Positions 38,011 through 52,379 of a DNA stretch of 64,000 bases are shown piece by piece. Source of the DNA: Octopus vulgaris (Eukaryota); NCBI GenBank assembly GCA_951406725.2, contig OX597818.1, positions 15,562,001-15,626,000 on the forward strand. Reading direction: 5' to 3'. The notes beneath the pieces were generated by a model, which was not told where the DNA came from, did not search any database, and was given only the letters and a program-made list of their open reading frames with translations. How positions within the stretch are numbered: position 1 is the stretch's first letter; each line of letters opens with the position of its first letter. Both the position numbers and the translations under genes were made by a program.

Positions 38011-39020
38011 TGCATATTTACTTCCCCTGTAAACATGCAACCTATTTTTGCCATTCAGCGTCATCAAATTTCATTACTTGCCAATACCACAACAGCCAAT
38101 AACCAGTCATATCTAAATTGATGTTTTTAATGCTTGGTTTTATCCCTATCTTTTCTCTTTTACTTGTTTCACTTGTTAGACTACAGCCATGCTGGAGCAA
38201 CACCTTACAGAATATTCAGTCAAATGAAATGCATCCTAACCAGTACATATTTATTTTATTCTTTTATTCTTATATCTGTTTCAGTCATTTGACTGCATCC
38301 ATGCTGGAGCATCGCCTTGGAAGATTTTAGTCAAAGAAATCAAACCCAAGACTTATTCTTTTTAAGCCTAGTACTTATTCTATTGGTCTCTTTTGTCAAA
38401 CTGCTAAGTTATGTAAACGTAAACACATCAAAACCAGTTGTGAAGCAGTGATGGAGGGACGTGCATGTGTGTGCCTTTAAATGTTTAAACAGACTGGTAA
38501 TTTCCATCACTTACTGTGATTGGCTAGACTGACACAAACTGACCAATCATAGTGGACTTTGTTCATAAACAGAGCACAAGCATTCAGTAAGGCGATTATC
38601 TGCTGCTAGTTTACAATTTCCTGAAACTGCACATTGACAAACTAGTGTAAACAGAATATACCTTGGAACCCCAGATAACTGTTTGCTGCTTGTCAGTTAT
38701 TGCAAATGGTGACAGATGTATGTCAGCTAAGTTTGCTGTGCTATTATTTTAAGGTATGCTAGTCAGGTTTGCAATACATTTTTATTATTTTAATTCAGCC
38801 TACTCTTTAATATAACCTTCCCAAATGAGTTTGTAAGTTTCAGTGAAAAAAATATTGAATGGTAAGAGCTTTGGAAGTGTTTTACAGTTTTCTGTCATGA
38901 TTAGTGACACCTTAAATTGCAGGTTCAAATTTTATACCATTTTATCATCATATTTTACTCTCTTCATTACCATATTCTTTTATTTCAATTAATTTGAAAA
39001 TAATAAAAATATTTATTAAA

Positions 39021-39280
39021 ATTCTGTTGTGTCTGGGAAGAGTCATTTTCTTTTTGTGCCTTATAATGTAACACACTCACCGGTAAAATTGTGCCTTATA
39101 ATGTAACACACTCACCGGTTACATTGCAACCTTTTCAATAGTCAAGACTATTGAAAAGGTTGCAAGACGCAACAAAAATTTTAGGAAAATAAAAATAAGA
39201 AATAAGTGGAAATTTTACCAGTGAGTGTGTTACATTATAAGGCACAAAAAGAAAATGACTCTCCCCAGACACAACAGAAT
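39021..39280. repeat. Compound fold-back: 70-bp inverted arms enclosing a 29-bp direct duplication and a perfect 20-bp hairpin
   Basis: Arms 39021-39090 and 39211-39280; hairpin ttgcaaccttttcaatagtc-aa-gactattgaaaaggttgcaa at 39124-39165. Confidence 0.88.
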
Positions 39281-41263
39281 ATGCTTCAACACACAAACTC
39301 ATATAAAGAATCTTGCAAACCAAATCCAAAAATGAGATATTTATTGAAATTACTTTATCATTATTAAGCTAGTATATAAAACATAAATTAACATGAAAAT
39401 TTTTTGGAAGATTTTAATTTACATCACTTTATAACAGGAAGTTTGTATCAAAAACCAGAAAAAATTTCAGGTGTGTTGGAATCAAAAGTGTTGGTGCTTT
39501 ACATTATGAGTTCAAATCCCACCAGGGTCAGCTCTGCCTTCCATCCTTTTTGGGATCGATAAAATAAAGTAACAGCCAAGCACTGGAGTCAGTGTGTCAC
39601 CTACCCCTACATCTGCTTCTAAAATTGCTGGTTTTGTGCCAAAACTTTAAATAGTTATTGATTAAAGAAGGCAGAGTTGTTACATCTAATAAAAATGCTT
39701 TGTGGTATTTTGCTCTGGATCCTTATATTCTGAGATCAAGTCCTATTGAGGTCAACATTACTTTTCCTCTTTCCAGGCTCGATAAAATAAAGTGGCAGTC
39801 AAGCACTAGGGTCAATTGCTTTGACAACCCCACCTCTAATCCTTTCAAAATTGCTGGCTTTGTGTCCCAATTAGGAAGCATTATTGTAATTAACTTTTGT
39901 TATCTCTACTCAAGTTAGAATTGTAGCACAGAAGCATCTTGTGAACTTTAAAACAAAAAAAAAAACGTCCATTATGATTAATGTTCATTACACCATTTAA
40001 CAGTAAAATAGTCTTCAATGAGCTTATCACAGTTTTTTAAAGTAGGAACAAGAATTAAGACTTTAATTTCTTTGTTCCCTGTAAGGTCAAAAATTATCAA
40101 AACCTCTTTAGAACAATATGAACTATTGCTAGCACACTGGATAAACTGTCACGACACATTTTGTCCAGTGTCCTACCAATTCTGCCAGCTTGTGGCTCAC
40201 CAAAATAGCACCCGTTCTAATATTTCACAATTCATAGCCTTTAACCTTTTGCATGTCCAAAGTATTTTCACAAGATTGTCCTAAACGTCCATGTTTGTTT
40301 TCAGACTTTTAGTTAGCTCTAGTTTCATGATTTGGGTAATATAAAGCTTTCTTTTCACAAGTCCCAAGTTACTCCAGTGGTTGAAAAGAGTGGGAGTATG
40401 TATCACATATGATACATGGACACCAAGAAAGTATGCTCTGTGCATCATATGTGGTATTCAGAACAGGCAAAAGATTATTATTGATAGTCACTCCTGTAAT
40501 TAATTATTTGACTAGAAAATCAGGAATATCTTTTATCTTTTACTTGTTTCAGTCATTAGACTGCAGCCATGTTGGGGCACTACCTTGAGAAATTTTTAGT
40601 TGAATGAATTGACCCACCCCCAGGACTTAATTTTTTTGCTAAGCCTGGTACTTATTCTATCTGTCTCTCTTACCAAACTCATATATGTATATATACATGA
40701 TGGACTTCTTCCAATTTTCGTCTACCAATTCACTTTGGTCAACCCAAGGCTGTAGTAGAAGACTCTTGCCCAAGGTGCAATGCAGTGGATATGAAGTAAG
40801 CTTCTTATCACATAATCAAATCTAACAATTCTTACAAATCTAACAATTCTTATCACATAATCACATAATCAAATCTAACAATTCTTACAAGTTGATCTAA
40901 GATCTAAGAAACAAGTTTTAAATATGATGGAAAAATTTATAAATTCTATAATGTCCAAACACTTATACGTGTGTACATCTGGGAAACTTAAGAAAGCTGT
41001 CAGCTGGAGGAAGAGGTGCTATACTGAGCAACGTGGTAGGGTAGTGGGAGCAATAAGAGAAAGAAAGAAGAGTGTTTGGTGGAAGGTGGTGGCAATAGTC
41101 AGAGAGAGACAGTAAAAAAATAAAGAATACAACATACATATAAATACATATACTCAGCTACATGCATATGCAGCAATGCTAGGAACTGCAATAATTTGTT
41201 GTTAAAGTATATATGTATGTATGCATTCATGCATACATACATACATACATACATACATACATA

Positions 41264-42894
41264 CATTTGCGGCCAAAATGTTCAGAGCGGCATTGTTTTT
41301 GTCAGAAAAGTAGGTATAAGTTTTTATCAAAGTTGACTTATATTCTATAATTTTCACAGACAATAAATACGATATTATTTGTTATTGTCTGAGATGTTGG
41401 TGTAATTTGAGAGGATAATACAAAAGTTATGGATGATTTAGTAATTTACTGCAAAATCCATGGCAGCCAAAATGATCAGAATGGTTGCTTTTACTCTGTG
41501 TTTTAGTATATTTAACCGGCAAACTCTAATGTTTTGAATTTATTTACGTGACGGTTCATTTACTAAACATTAGTAAGAATATCTGCAGTGTACTTTGTTA
41601 ATATAATGCCACTTACTCCGTTACCAATTCGTCAGCAGATTATTAAGCTTCCAAAGAAGGATAATTCAAGTATTGGGTCTATTGCAAAGATTGTTAACAA
41701 GTCAAAAAGTGTTGTTCACAGTATTCTTAAGGTCTACGATGATTGTGGTTTGTGTGAAGCAAGAAAGTCTACAGGTAGGCCAAGAAAAACAACCAAGAGA
41801 GAAGATCGTGCTATGGTAAAGTTGGTTAAAAAGGACAGATTTAAAACTGCTGCTGCTGTTTCTCAGGAGATGAGCATTGTACTGAAGAAAACTTATCTCG
41901 AAAAAACTGTGTCTCGTCGCTTAGTTGAACATGACCTACAAGCAAGAGCACCTGCAGTGAAGCCACTGATCAGCTCCAAGAATAAAAAGTGTCGTCTTAC
42001 CTTTGCAATCGAACATGTGTTGTGGTCTCAAGAAAAATGGCAAATGGTGCATTTCAGTGATGAATCTAAGTTTATGTTATTTGGCTCAGATGGGAAAAGG
42101 TACGTTCGTCGAAAAGTAGGTGAAAAATTGCCGCCTAAATGCCTTAAGACTAGTGTTAAATTCGGTGGAGGAAGTGTCATGGTTTGGGAGATGATATCTG
42201 GAGATGGTATGGGCCCTTTGGTGCAATTACATGGCAAAGTAAATGCAGGAGTTTATAAACAACTTGTAAAAGAGATCATGTCTTGCCTGTGCTGAGAAAT
42301 TCAACTAAGCGACCACTCATATTCATGCAGGACAATGCCCCATGTCACAAGGCTAAGGTGGTCATGAACTTCCTCAAGGCTGAAAAGGTTATTGTTAGGG
42401 ATTGGCCTGCTCAAAGCCCAGATCTTAATCCTATTGAAAATGTGTGGAATACTCTAGGAGAATGTTCAAAAGCCAGAAATCCTAAAACAACCTAGCAATT
42501 ATGGAATGCCCTTCAGGAAGAATGGAATAAGATCACCCAGCAAGAAATTGAAAATTTAATTTCCTCATGCAGTCGAAGATGTCAAAGTGTGATTGAAGCT
42601 AAAGGGCTTCACACTAAATATTAAATTATTCCAGTATTCTCTGTCATTTTTGATTATTTTGTTATTTTTTCAACCATTCTGATCATTTTGGCCGCCATGG
42701 GTTTTGCAGTAAATCACTAAATCATCTATAACTTTTGTATTATCCTCTCAAATTACACCAAAATCTCAGACAATAACAATTAATATCGTATTCATTGTCT
42801 GTGAAAATTATAGAATATAAAACAACTTTGATAAAAACTTATACCTACTTTTCTGACGAAAACAATGCCGTTCTGAACATTTTGGCCGCAACTG
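41264..42894 (+). mobile_element. Full-length Tc1-family transposon with 224-bp IR/DR-type terminal inverted repeats
   Basis: TIRs 41264-41487 and 42671-42894, TA on both sides; each TIR has outer and inner copies of gc.gccaaaatg.tcaga..gg. Confidence 0.93.
41606..42624 (+). pseudogene. Tc1 transposase (DD34E) with one frameshift and one premature stop
   Basis: GRPRKTT, FSDESKF, GGGSVMVW, QDNAPCH, WPAQSPDLNPIEN; frameshift near 42280, TAG at 42493-42495, natural end GLHTKY*. Confidence 0.92.
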
Positions 42895-42954
42895 TACATA
42901 CATAAATCTATGTGTGGAGGTGGAGTTAAAGAAACTAAGAAATGGTCTTTTTAC

Positions 42955-43128
42955 CTGAACATTCTGGTTGTGGTTCCCAATTACCATTCTTGTCACAATA
43001 GATGGTATTTCCAGATTTTGCCTCAAAGTTCTCAAAGCATTCAAATGTAGCATTGTTTCCAGTATTAAATCCAGAGGTATGTATCCAACGTCCCCCCTCT
43101 AAAACTGGAACTGGTCCACAGTAGCTAT
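42955..43128 (-). CDS. Exon 8: sushi/CCP 1
   Basis: ttcAG|...|GTAAA; 174 nt, phase 1-1; YCGPVPVLEGG...ATFECFENF...IYCDKNGNWEPQPECS. Absent from the ORF track in this frame. Confidence 0.9.
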
Positions 43129-44884
43129 CTGAAAATAAAAAACAATGGTATTGTTACTGGGTGCCAGGTAATCATTTCCAGCTGAAAAGATTGATATTAC
43201 AGGTGGAGGCAATTCAATCTTTGTAGACACATTTTTTTCTCTTCACAGAAAACATGATCAGGAATTACCTGTAGGAACATCATATTTTGTTATGCACCAT
43301 GATATATCACAAAGTATATGAAATGCTTTATAAGTTGATACTGTGTCCTACTGTGTTAGCAGTGCTATTAAATCCCCTGTTAAGGTTATCGCTATAGATT
43401 TTCTATAGAAAATTTGTTGAGATACCCTTAACATGTGATGATCAAGAATATCCATATTCTAGCAATATGTATTTTGATAAAACATACCATAGTAAAACAT
43501 TAGAATTCAAATTAATGTGATCTATTCTGAATCTTTTAGTTCAAATTACCAAACACACTTTTGGACTATTGAACTACCTGGTCCTATATTCAGGGCAGTA
43601 TCAAGCAACTTCTAAACTGTTTATCAATGTCAATCCTTAGATCGAGGTTTAGCTACTTTAATTGTCTAATTCTCAGAGAACCAAAGGGGAACCAGTGACT
43701 AATTAATAAATCCTTCCCTTTAAAAAAAATCTTGATAGACACTCTGAATTTTAAGAGAGATCCCAGTTCACATTATCCCATTAGAGTACAAAAGCAGTAC
43801 TGTTTTCATTTTGCAAAATTTCTCTCAAAATCCTTCAGTCACCCTGCATAACACAGTCAGGAAGATTTCATATTCACAAAATTAACAGTAGTTATTTTTC
43901 TGGTGAGAATCTTGCAAAGAGAGTTTCGACCAATCTTGCAGAATTTTGCTACCTCCCATTCTTTAACAAAAATGGCTTTGCACCTAATACTCTTGAGGAT
44001 AAAATCACGAAAATTTTTCTGTGCTATAATTCCAATCCCATACTTTACAAATGACCAACAACAGTCTTTTCATATTCTTCTACTCTGCTCTATCTCTCTT
44101 ATTACTACATATACTTAGTTCCTCATTGTGAAAACTTTAATGACCTTTCCAACCCAAAAAGGGACTGCTTCTGAAAATGTGCACCTCAAATTCTCTCACC
44201 TCATTCCTACTGGGAATTTCAATTTATGTTTGACTATGGCAATTTAACCCAATCACATGACAACATCTCTTATTCCTAAGAAGAAAAGGAGATATTGCTT
44301 CTGATCCTTCCATTTCCAGACCTATTGTCATTGCTTCTAACATCTCATAGGTGATGAAGACAGTTCCTAATGGCAACTGTCTTTCTCAACTTATGTTTCT
44401 TCTCTTTGGATTACTTACAGTTTCCATAGAACCACATCACTTGGAGCCTTGCTGTTAGATCTTCATATACTGACAGAGTAATAAACAAAATACAGATTTC
44501 TCAGAACCTTTGGTTTCAAAGTTATTCTGAAATACTGCTTCTTGTTTTGTTTTTTCCAAACCATAGTAGCTCACATTCTGAATTAAGCAATTATAAAATT
44601 TACTTAAATAATTAAATGAAACACAGGAGCCTGTATATTAGTATAAATGATACAAATTTATTAATTCTGTACTATGCAAGGTACCGGTTCATTAGTGCAG
44701 TTGTAATGCTTCAGACTATCGTGTTCAGAAAGGTGGTGTTGTACCTATATCTGTATATTACAGAAAAATTAACATGTTGCCTATAGGAAGTGTCAGCTGT
44801 GTAAGCTAATTAAAAATTAAAAGAAAATAGATAAATTAACTTTTATGAAAGAAATAAAATTAAGTATTCCCACATGATAATTAC

Positions 44885-45050
44885 CTCCATAAAATGTAGC
44901 ATTGAAACCAACACCAGCAGTGTTGGCACTTGTCCTTAATGTTAAGATGAATTTTTGAGAATTTGAGGTTAGAATAGGAGGAACTGTAGTTCCTGTAAAA
45001 CCTTCACCCTGGTGCAACTTGTTTTCAAAAGAAATAGTTCCATTGTAGAC
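44885..45050 (-). CDS. Exon 7: CUB3, C-half
   Basis: aacAG|...|GTAAT; 166 nt, phase 0-1; VYNGTISFENKLHQGEGFTG...LTSNSQKFILTLRTSANTAGVGFNATFYG. Confidence 0.9.
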
Positions 45051-45189
45051 CTGTTAACATAAAGATGGTTGTTTTAGTTGTTTTAATTAACTCAGAACAC
45101 ATACAATATATTTATAATTTAGAACTACTGTCTAAAGCATGTATGTGTACCCACATACACATATACTTACATTCATACATGTACATATA

Positions 45190-45240
<51 letters not shown>

Positions 45241-45578
45241 ACACTTATTTATACATATGTATGTGTGTATTTGTACATGTATATATATGTTTTATGCGCC
45301 CTTTTCAAGCCTAGCCAGGCTCATGGGCCTGGTTTCCTGATTTCTATGGTGTATGTGTTCCCAACAGCTGGACAAGATGCCAGTCCATCGCAGCATTACT
45401 CAAGAAACAGAAAGTTGGGGTGAAAGAGTACAACAGGGGTCGCCACCACCCGCTGCCAGAGCTTTATGGAGCTTTAGGTGTTTTTGCTCAATAAACACAC
45501 ACAACGCCCGGTCTGGGAATCAAAACCACGATCCTCCGACCACGAGTCCACTGCCTTAACCACTGGACCATTGCACCT

Positions 45579-45619
<41 letters not shown>

Positions 45620-48492
45620 TACATATAAACATAGTTGCACACATATTGTTTCTATGAGTACACAAAAATTAAAGTACCCTTGTGAGCTGGCATAGCGAGT
45701 GATTGTCTTATATACTCAAATATGTTCCTTGAGGACTTCCTAAGCCTATTACTGTTTTTGTCAGGCTCCAAAGAGCTTGTTTGTTTTTCTCTTGACAAAC
45801 AACAGGATTTGAACTTCAAGTACATCAAAACAGATTTGACTATTATTTCCAGGTAGTCATATCTTCACATACATGCTCCATCATTAGTTTGAGTCAGTAA
45901 CCATGCTTATTTATCATAATCAATATATATATATATATATAAAAAAAATATTTAAATGGTGAGTTGGTGGAACTGTTAGCACACCAGACAAAATGCTTAG
46001 TGGAATTACATCCATCTTCACATCCTGAGTTCAGATTCTGCTGAGGTCAGCTTTGCTTTTTCTCCTTTCAGAGTCAATGAAACAAGTACTGGTCAAGCAC
46101 GGGTTGATGTAATCAACTAGCCCCTACTTTAAAATTTCAGGCCTTATGGAAACAGCAAGGGCTGCTGTTGTGTTCACATGCTCAGTTCTCACTAGTATAT
46201 AAAATGAAAGATAACCCTCTAGCATTTAAACCAGACATATTTGGTCCAAATATGTTACATTCTTTTATTCTTTTACTTGTTTCAGTCATTTTGACTGTGA
46301 CTGTTGAAGAAATCAACCCCTGAACTTATTCTTTGTAAGCCTGGTACTTATTCTATTAGTCTCTTAGGCCGAACTGCTAAATTACAGGGATGTAAATACA
46401 CCAACATTGGTTGTCAAGCAATGGTTGGTGTGACACACAGACACAAACACACTAATATATATATATATTCATACGACAGGCTTCTTTCAGTTTCTTATTT
46501 CTTTACTGCCCACAAGGGGCTACACACAGAGGGGGCAAACAAGGACAGACAAAGGGATTAAGTCGATTATGTCAACCCCAGTGTATAACTGGTACTTATT
46601 TAATCAACCCCAAAAGGATGAAAGGCAAAGTCGACCTCAGCGGAATTTGAACTCAGAACATAACGGCAGACGAAATACCACTAAGTATTTCGCCCAGCAT
46701 GCTAACGTTTCTGCCAGCTCGCCGACTTTCTTTCAGTTTCTGTTTTTCTTTCAGTTTCTGTCTGCCATATCCGCTCACAATGCTTTAGTTGGCCTGAGGC
46801 TATAGCAGAAGACACTTGCCTAAGGTGCCATGCAGTGAGACTGAACCTGGAATTATGTGGTTGGGAAGCAAGCTTCTTATCACACAGCCACTCCTGCACC
46901 TAATGTTCTAATCAGCCAAAGCCAGCCTATCAAACTTGTCCTTCAATGCTGTTGTAAAATATACAATCACATAATGAAAATTTCAAAGCTATAAAATAAT
47001 GCATGATTAATTAAAAATAATGTGAATGAAAAAGCATTGAATTTGACAGAGTAATCTGTCAAATTCAATGTGACCATACTATCGGGCACTATCTTGAAAT
47101 CAACTCTAGAACCTTTTTTTTTAAGTCTGATGTTTATTTTGACAGTCTTTACTGCACTGCTAAGCTGCAGGGATGTAAACAGCCAACACAGCTTCTCAAA
47201 GTATTAAGCTTGTACACACACACAAACACACACACATAGTAGCTTTCATATAGTTTCCAATGTACCAAATTCATTCAGAAGGCATTAATCAACCATTTAC
47301 ATATATAATGGGCTTCTTTCAGTTTCCATCTATGAAATCCACTCACAAGGCTTTGGTCAACAAGGGACAGTAATAGAAGATATTTGTCCAATGTGACCGA
47401 ACCTGAACTCATGTGATTGTGAAACAAACTTATTAACCACTTAGCTATATCTACCGTGCTAGAAATAGCAAAAGAAATGCAATTTCCCTCAAATTGAGGG
47501 AGTTATTGCATAATGAGGTCCTGGATACAATATAGCTTTAAAAAATAATAAAGAAAGTAGTCTCAAGTAGAATACCTTTGCATGCAGATTTACTAAATCA
47601 GTGTCAACGTGATAGATGTGGGCATGGCTGTGTGGTAAGAAACTTGCTTCCCAACCACATGGTTTTGGGTTCAGTCTTACTGTCTTACTGTGTGACACCT
47701 TGAGCAAGTGTCTTCTACTACAGCCTTAGGCCAGCCAAAGTCTTGTTCCTGTATTTGGTAAATGGAAACTGAAAGAAGCCCATTGTAAATTTATCTGTGT
47801 GTGGTGTGTTTTGTTTGTCACCCAGTACTGCTTAACACTTAGTGTTGATTTGTTTACGTCTCCATGACATAGTGGTTCAGCAAAAGAAACTGATAGAATA
47901 AGTACCAGGTTTAACAAAAGTTAAGTATTGGTATTGATTCATTCGATTAAAAATTCGTCAAGGAAGTGCCCCAGTATGGCCAGTCTACTTATTGATACAA
48001 GTAAAAGATAAAAGATGAAACTACACATCAACAACAACCCGATCAACAATAGACATTGAAACAAAGATGAAGATAAGAATGATATTACTGCTGCTACTAC
48101 TCCTATGATGTTCATGGGAAGTGGGATGGCAACAACAATGATGATGATGATTGATAAATTTGACGATGATGGTGATGATGATAGTCATTTTATTTATAAG
48201 TGGCATAGACAACAATGGCTAACAAAGACATGCAGATACATATGCATATTTGCACATGCACTCACACACACATGCACAGAACCTCACAAAACATGTACAC
48301 ATGATGATGGTGGTGATGGTGATTCCTATCATCATAATCATCATCATTATAAAGAGAAGGTGAAACCTAGAGAAAAAGCATCAAGATGAAAACCATTGTT
48401 TTTATTGTCAATTATCATTATTGTTATCATCATCATCACCATCATAATCTTAAGCAGCAGCATTCATTACATTTATCATATTAATTATCCGT

Positions 48493-49071
48493 AATCAAAG
48501 TGAAATCAAAATCAAAATCAAAGTGAAATTTGATGACAGGTACCCATGCTAGTGGGGTGCAAAGAGCACCATATGAGTGTGATTGTTGACAGAGTGACTA
48601 ACCGGCTTCCGTGCCAGTGGCACATAAAAGGCACCATTCAAGTGTGATCGTTACCAGCATCGCCTTACTGGCACTTGTGCCCCGTCCTAGTAGGGTGCTA
48701 AGAGCACCATACGAGCATGATCGTTGCCAGAGTGGCTAACTGGTTTCCGTGCCGGTGGCATGTAAAAGGCACCATTCGAGTGTGATCGTTACCAGCATCG
48801 ACTTACTGGCACCTGTGCCGGTGGCATGTGTAAAAAGATTTGAGTGAGGTCATTGCCAGTACCGCCTGACTGGCCCCCATGCCGGTGACACGTAAAAGCA
48901 CCCACTACATTCTCGGAGTGGTTGGTGTTAGGAAGGGCATCCAGCTGTAGAAACTCTACCAGATCTAGACTGGTGCCTGATGCAGCCATCTGGTTCGCCA
49001 GCCCACAGTCATACCGTCCAATCCATGCTAGCATGGAAAGCAGACGTTAAACGATGATGATGATGATGATG
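48493..49071 (+). mobile_element. RTE 3' UTR fragment with an internal tandem duplication of about 139 bp and a (GAT)n tail
   Basis: Begins with (ATCAAA)n like 2107-2145; ctagt.gggtgc.aagagcacc recurs at 48549 and 48688. Confidence 0.78.
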
Positions 49072-49127
49072 AATCAGGCAAAAATTAATGTTTCCATGAA
49101 CAGTGGGACTATCTTAAATAAAATTAC

Positions 49128-49309
49128 CTCAAGAAAGTCTTTGCCATTTTCCAAACCAAATTTTGGTGAGAATTCAAGTATTAAGTGTTTCATAGTTGAC
49201 TTTGGGGCAATTTCCCATTCACAGACTACATTAGGAGGGTAAGAAAATGTAGTGCCATAACCAGGGGAACTAATGTATCCAAAATTAGAATCAACTTTGA
49301 AAGTACAAC
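49128..49309 (-). CDS. Exon 6: CUB3, N-half
   Basis: tccAG|...|GTAAT; 182 nt, phase 1-0; GCTFKVDSNFGYISSPGYG...YPPNVVCEWEI...FGLENGKDFLE. Confidence 0.92.
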
Positions 49310-49652
49310 CTGGAATCAAAGAAAAAAATATTAGCAGTTTGTTTCAATATGGGTTCTTAGTTTTATTTTAAGGTTTCATAAAATGTGGTAAATTATAGAT
49401 GAAAACATCACTTATATATTTATATTCTTATATTTTTTTATGTGTTTCAGTTATTTGACTGCAACCATGTTGGAGCACTGCCTTAAAGGGGTTTAGCCAA
49501 AGAAACTGACTCCAAGACTTATTCTTTTTAAGCCTAATACTTATTCTATTGGTTGTCAAGCAATAGTGGTTAGGTGGTGGTAGACAAACACAGACACAAA
49601 GACTAACATGCATTAATAGATACAAACACACATATGCACACACACCCACATA

Positions 49653-49707
<55 letters not shown>

Positions 49708-51079
49708 GAAAAGCTTCTTTCAGTTTCTGTCTACCAAATCCACTCACAAGGCTATATTAGAAGTCACTTGCCAAAGGTGCCATGCAGTGGAAGTGAACCT
49801 GAAACCTTGTGGTTGGGAAGCAAGCTTCTTACTACACATAGTCTCTCTCTCAGATACACACACACATCCTTATTTGTATACATATGCATATATATAAACA
49901 TGTATCTTCTTATATGTAACATATAACTGCAAACACACACACACACACATGTACACATACTTACATGTATGCATACACATACATACACCCAATCACACAT
50001 ATATATTCGTCAATCAAATTCCAATCTAGTCTGATTTTCACATTTTCTTTTTGTTTTTTTTACAATTTTACAAGTATTTTCATGTTTTGCAACAATTTTC
50101 AGGTAAATCTTTATGTAGCGGCATTAACAGACAGTTAGGGTGTTTCATATTTGACAACTGTAATAGAATGACTGAATTTTTCCTTTAAATACTTTCCAGT
50201 AGGCTCCAGCGAGATGAAACTTATGAACACTACTTGAATCAATCAACATGCTGCTTATACATCATGGTTTGATGAAGGAGGAACACAGTTGATATTCATA
50301 GAAACATTTTAACCAATCAGAGTTACCAACAGAGAATTTTGCTACAGTCAGATGTTGAGAAATATCTTATAATACAAACAGACGTCAAATATTAAGCATT
50401 TTAAATGAAATTATATTCAAATTCAGATTAATATTTGTAGACATTTCAGAGTAAAATGGTGTTTCTTTCAACTGACCTTCAGTTAAGTCCCAACAATGAT
50501 CAGCATCCATTACGATAGTAGCATCACTTTTATCTGCTTTATTAATGTCTACTGTATCATTGTTTTGGAAATGTCTAATATTTGGTAATATACTGGCAGA
50601 ATCGTTAGTATGCTGGGTAAAATGCTTAGTGGTATTTCACTCATCTTTACATTCTGAGTTCAAATTCTGCCAAGGTCAACTTTCCCTTTCATCCTTTCAG
50701 GGTCAATAAGATAAGTACCAGTCAAGCATTGGAGTTGATGTAATCGACTTACCCACCTTCCCCGAAATTATTGGTCTTATGCCAATATTTAAAACCAATA
50801 TTTGGTTTGACACTTTTGCTTTGTTTAAAAGGGAATTTAGAAGGATACCGATATACTGGTTGGGATGAGTATTTCTTCATTTTGGTGTGGTGAATTTTGA
50901 TTTCTTTCTTAACTGGAATTCATCAATAATGTTATTTTTATTAACAACAAACTCAAACAACTGTAATATTCGATAAAATTTTTAGATATTACCCCCTTTC
51001 TCATGATGGTTGACTGTTGGTGTAGGCATAAACTTCAAGCCTTTTGGAAAAAGTTGAAATTCATTATTATCTAATTTAA

Positions 51080-51837
51080 CCATTTAGTATTCAAACCGGC
51101 CATATCCAGCACAAATATTCTACCTTTTTTATGTTCAAACTACCATGTAAGAGGCCAGAATCTGGCTTTTTACACTTACCCTACAATGTCATTCTAAAAA
51201 TACACAATCCTATCATTGCAATTTCAAAGTTGCAAGATAATGCATGATTAATTCAAAACAATTTGAATACCATAAATCCTCGAGTATAATCCGCATTTTT
51301 TCCCCCAAATTTAAAGGTCAAAATCCCTAGTGCATACTATATATGAGGTTAAAAATGAAAAATATTTTCTAAGCAATGTCCAAGTCTCTATTTGCTGTCC
51401 AGCAATGTTTATTCAGACGCATTTTGTGATGTTGGGCGCGAAAATACCTTCAGCTAAGTCTGGAAGCAATGAAGTCATAAAAGAATCATCCATAACTTGC
51501 AGTAAGCAACATTTATTAAAATGTAAGTATTCAGAACAAAGAATAACATGTAACAAAAACAATTTGCAAACATATTTACAATCCTTATATAACAGTTAAG
51601 AACATCACCATTATTGTATTACGCATGCGCAGAAGTGTTTGTTTGACTAGGTGCTGCTGGCTTAATTACGAACAACTCAAGTTAGAGAAGTGGTGCATAT
51701 TATACACAAGGTTTAGGTTTTGTCAGAGGCACATCTCCCTAAAAATCCCCTGCGTATTATGCTCAAGGGCGGACTATACTCGAGGATTTATGATAAATAT
51801 GCATTACATTTGACAGAGTAATCTGAATGCTAAAGGG
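51080..51837. mobile_element. piggyBac-type MITE interrupted by a Tc2/pogo-like MITE (51270-51793)
   Basis: Outer TTAA sites at 51076-51079 and 51838-51841; inner TIRs ccataaatcctcgagtataatccgc / gcggactatactcgaggatttatga with TA flanks. Confidence 0.8.
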
Positions 51838-51851
51838 TTAATAAAACTTAC

Positions 51852-52056
51852 CTTTTCTGAATTTAGCAAGAAATCCACGACTTTTGTTGGGAAAGATTCC
51901 AGTGTTGTATTTTATATACATAGTATTTTTAGTGGAGATAATGGGTGTTGAGTATTGATAAGCTGCATTTGTGAATTTTACATAAATTTCTGACAGATCA
52001 GATTCTCCATTATACACGATAAGTTCATCTTCATTACTCAACATCAAATCTTGGAC
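51852..52056 (-). CDS. Exon 5: CUB2, C-half
   Basis: attAG|...|GTAAG; 205 nt, phase 0-1; VQDLMLSNEDELIVYNGES...IISTKNTMYIKYNT...SRGFLAKFRK. Confidence 0.9.
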
Positions 52057-52324
52057 CTAATTAAAATAAATACAAAAATTTATTTTGTCAATCTTACAAA
52101 TAATTTTTTTTTTAAATTGACATTTTTGAAAATTGGAAATAGTTTTTATAAATATATATCTGAATGGTTTTGGCTGTGTGATTAAGAAGTCCGTTTTGCA
52201 ATCATGTGGGTTTGAATTCAGTCCTACTGCATGATGAGCAAATGTTTTCATCTATAACCCTGGGCCAACCAATACATTGTGAGTGAATTGAATTTGGTAG
52301 ATGGAAGCTGTGTTAAAGCCTGTC

Positions 52325-52379
<55 letters not shown>

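Noticed and set aside
38515-38620. Possible extra exon (AG...GTAAG on the minus strand, with Cys codons)
   Set aside because: Its 106-nt length breaks the phase 1-1 frame and the phase-1 reading hits a TGA; exons 8 and 9 already join in frame.
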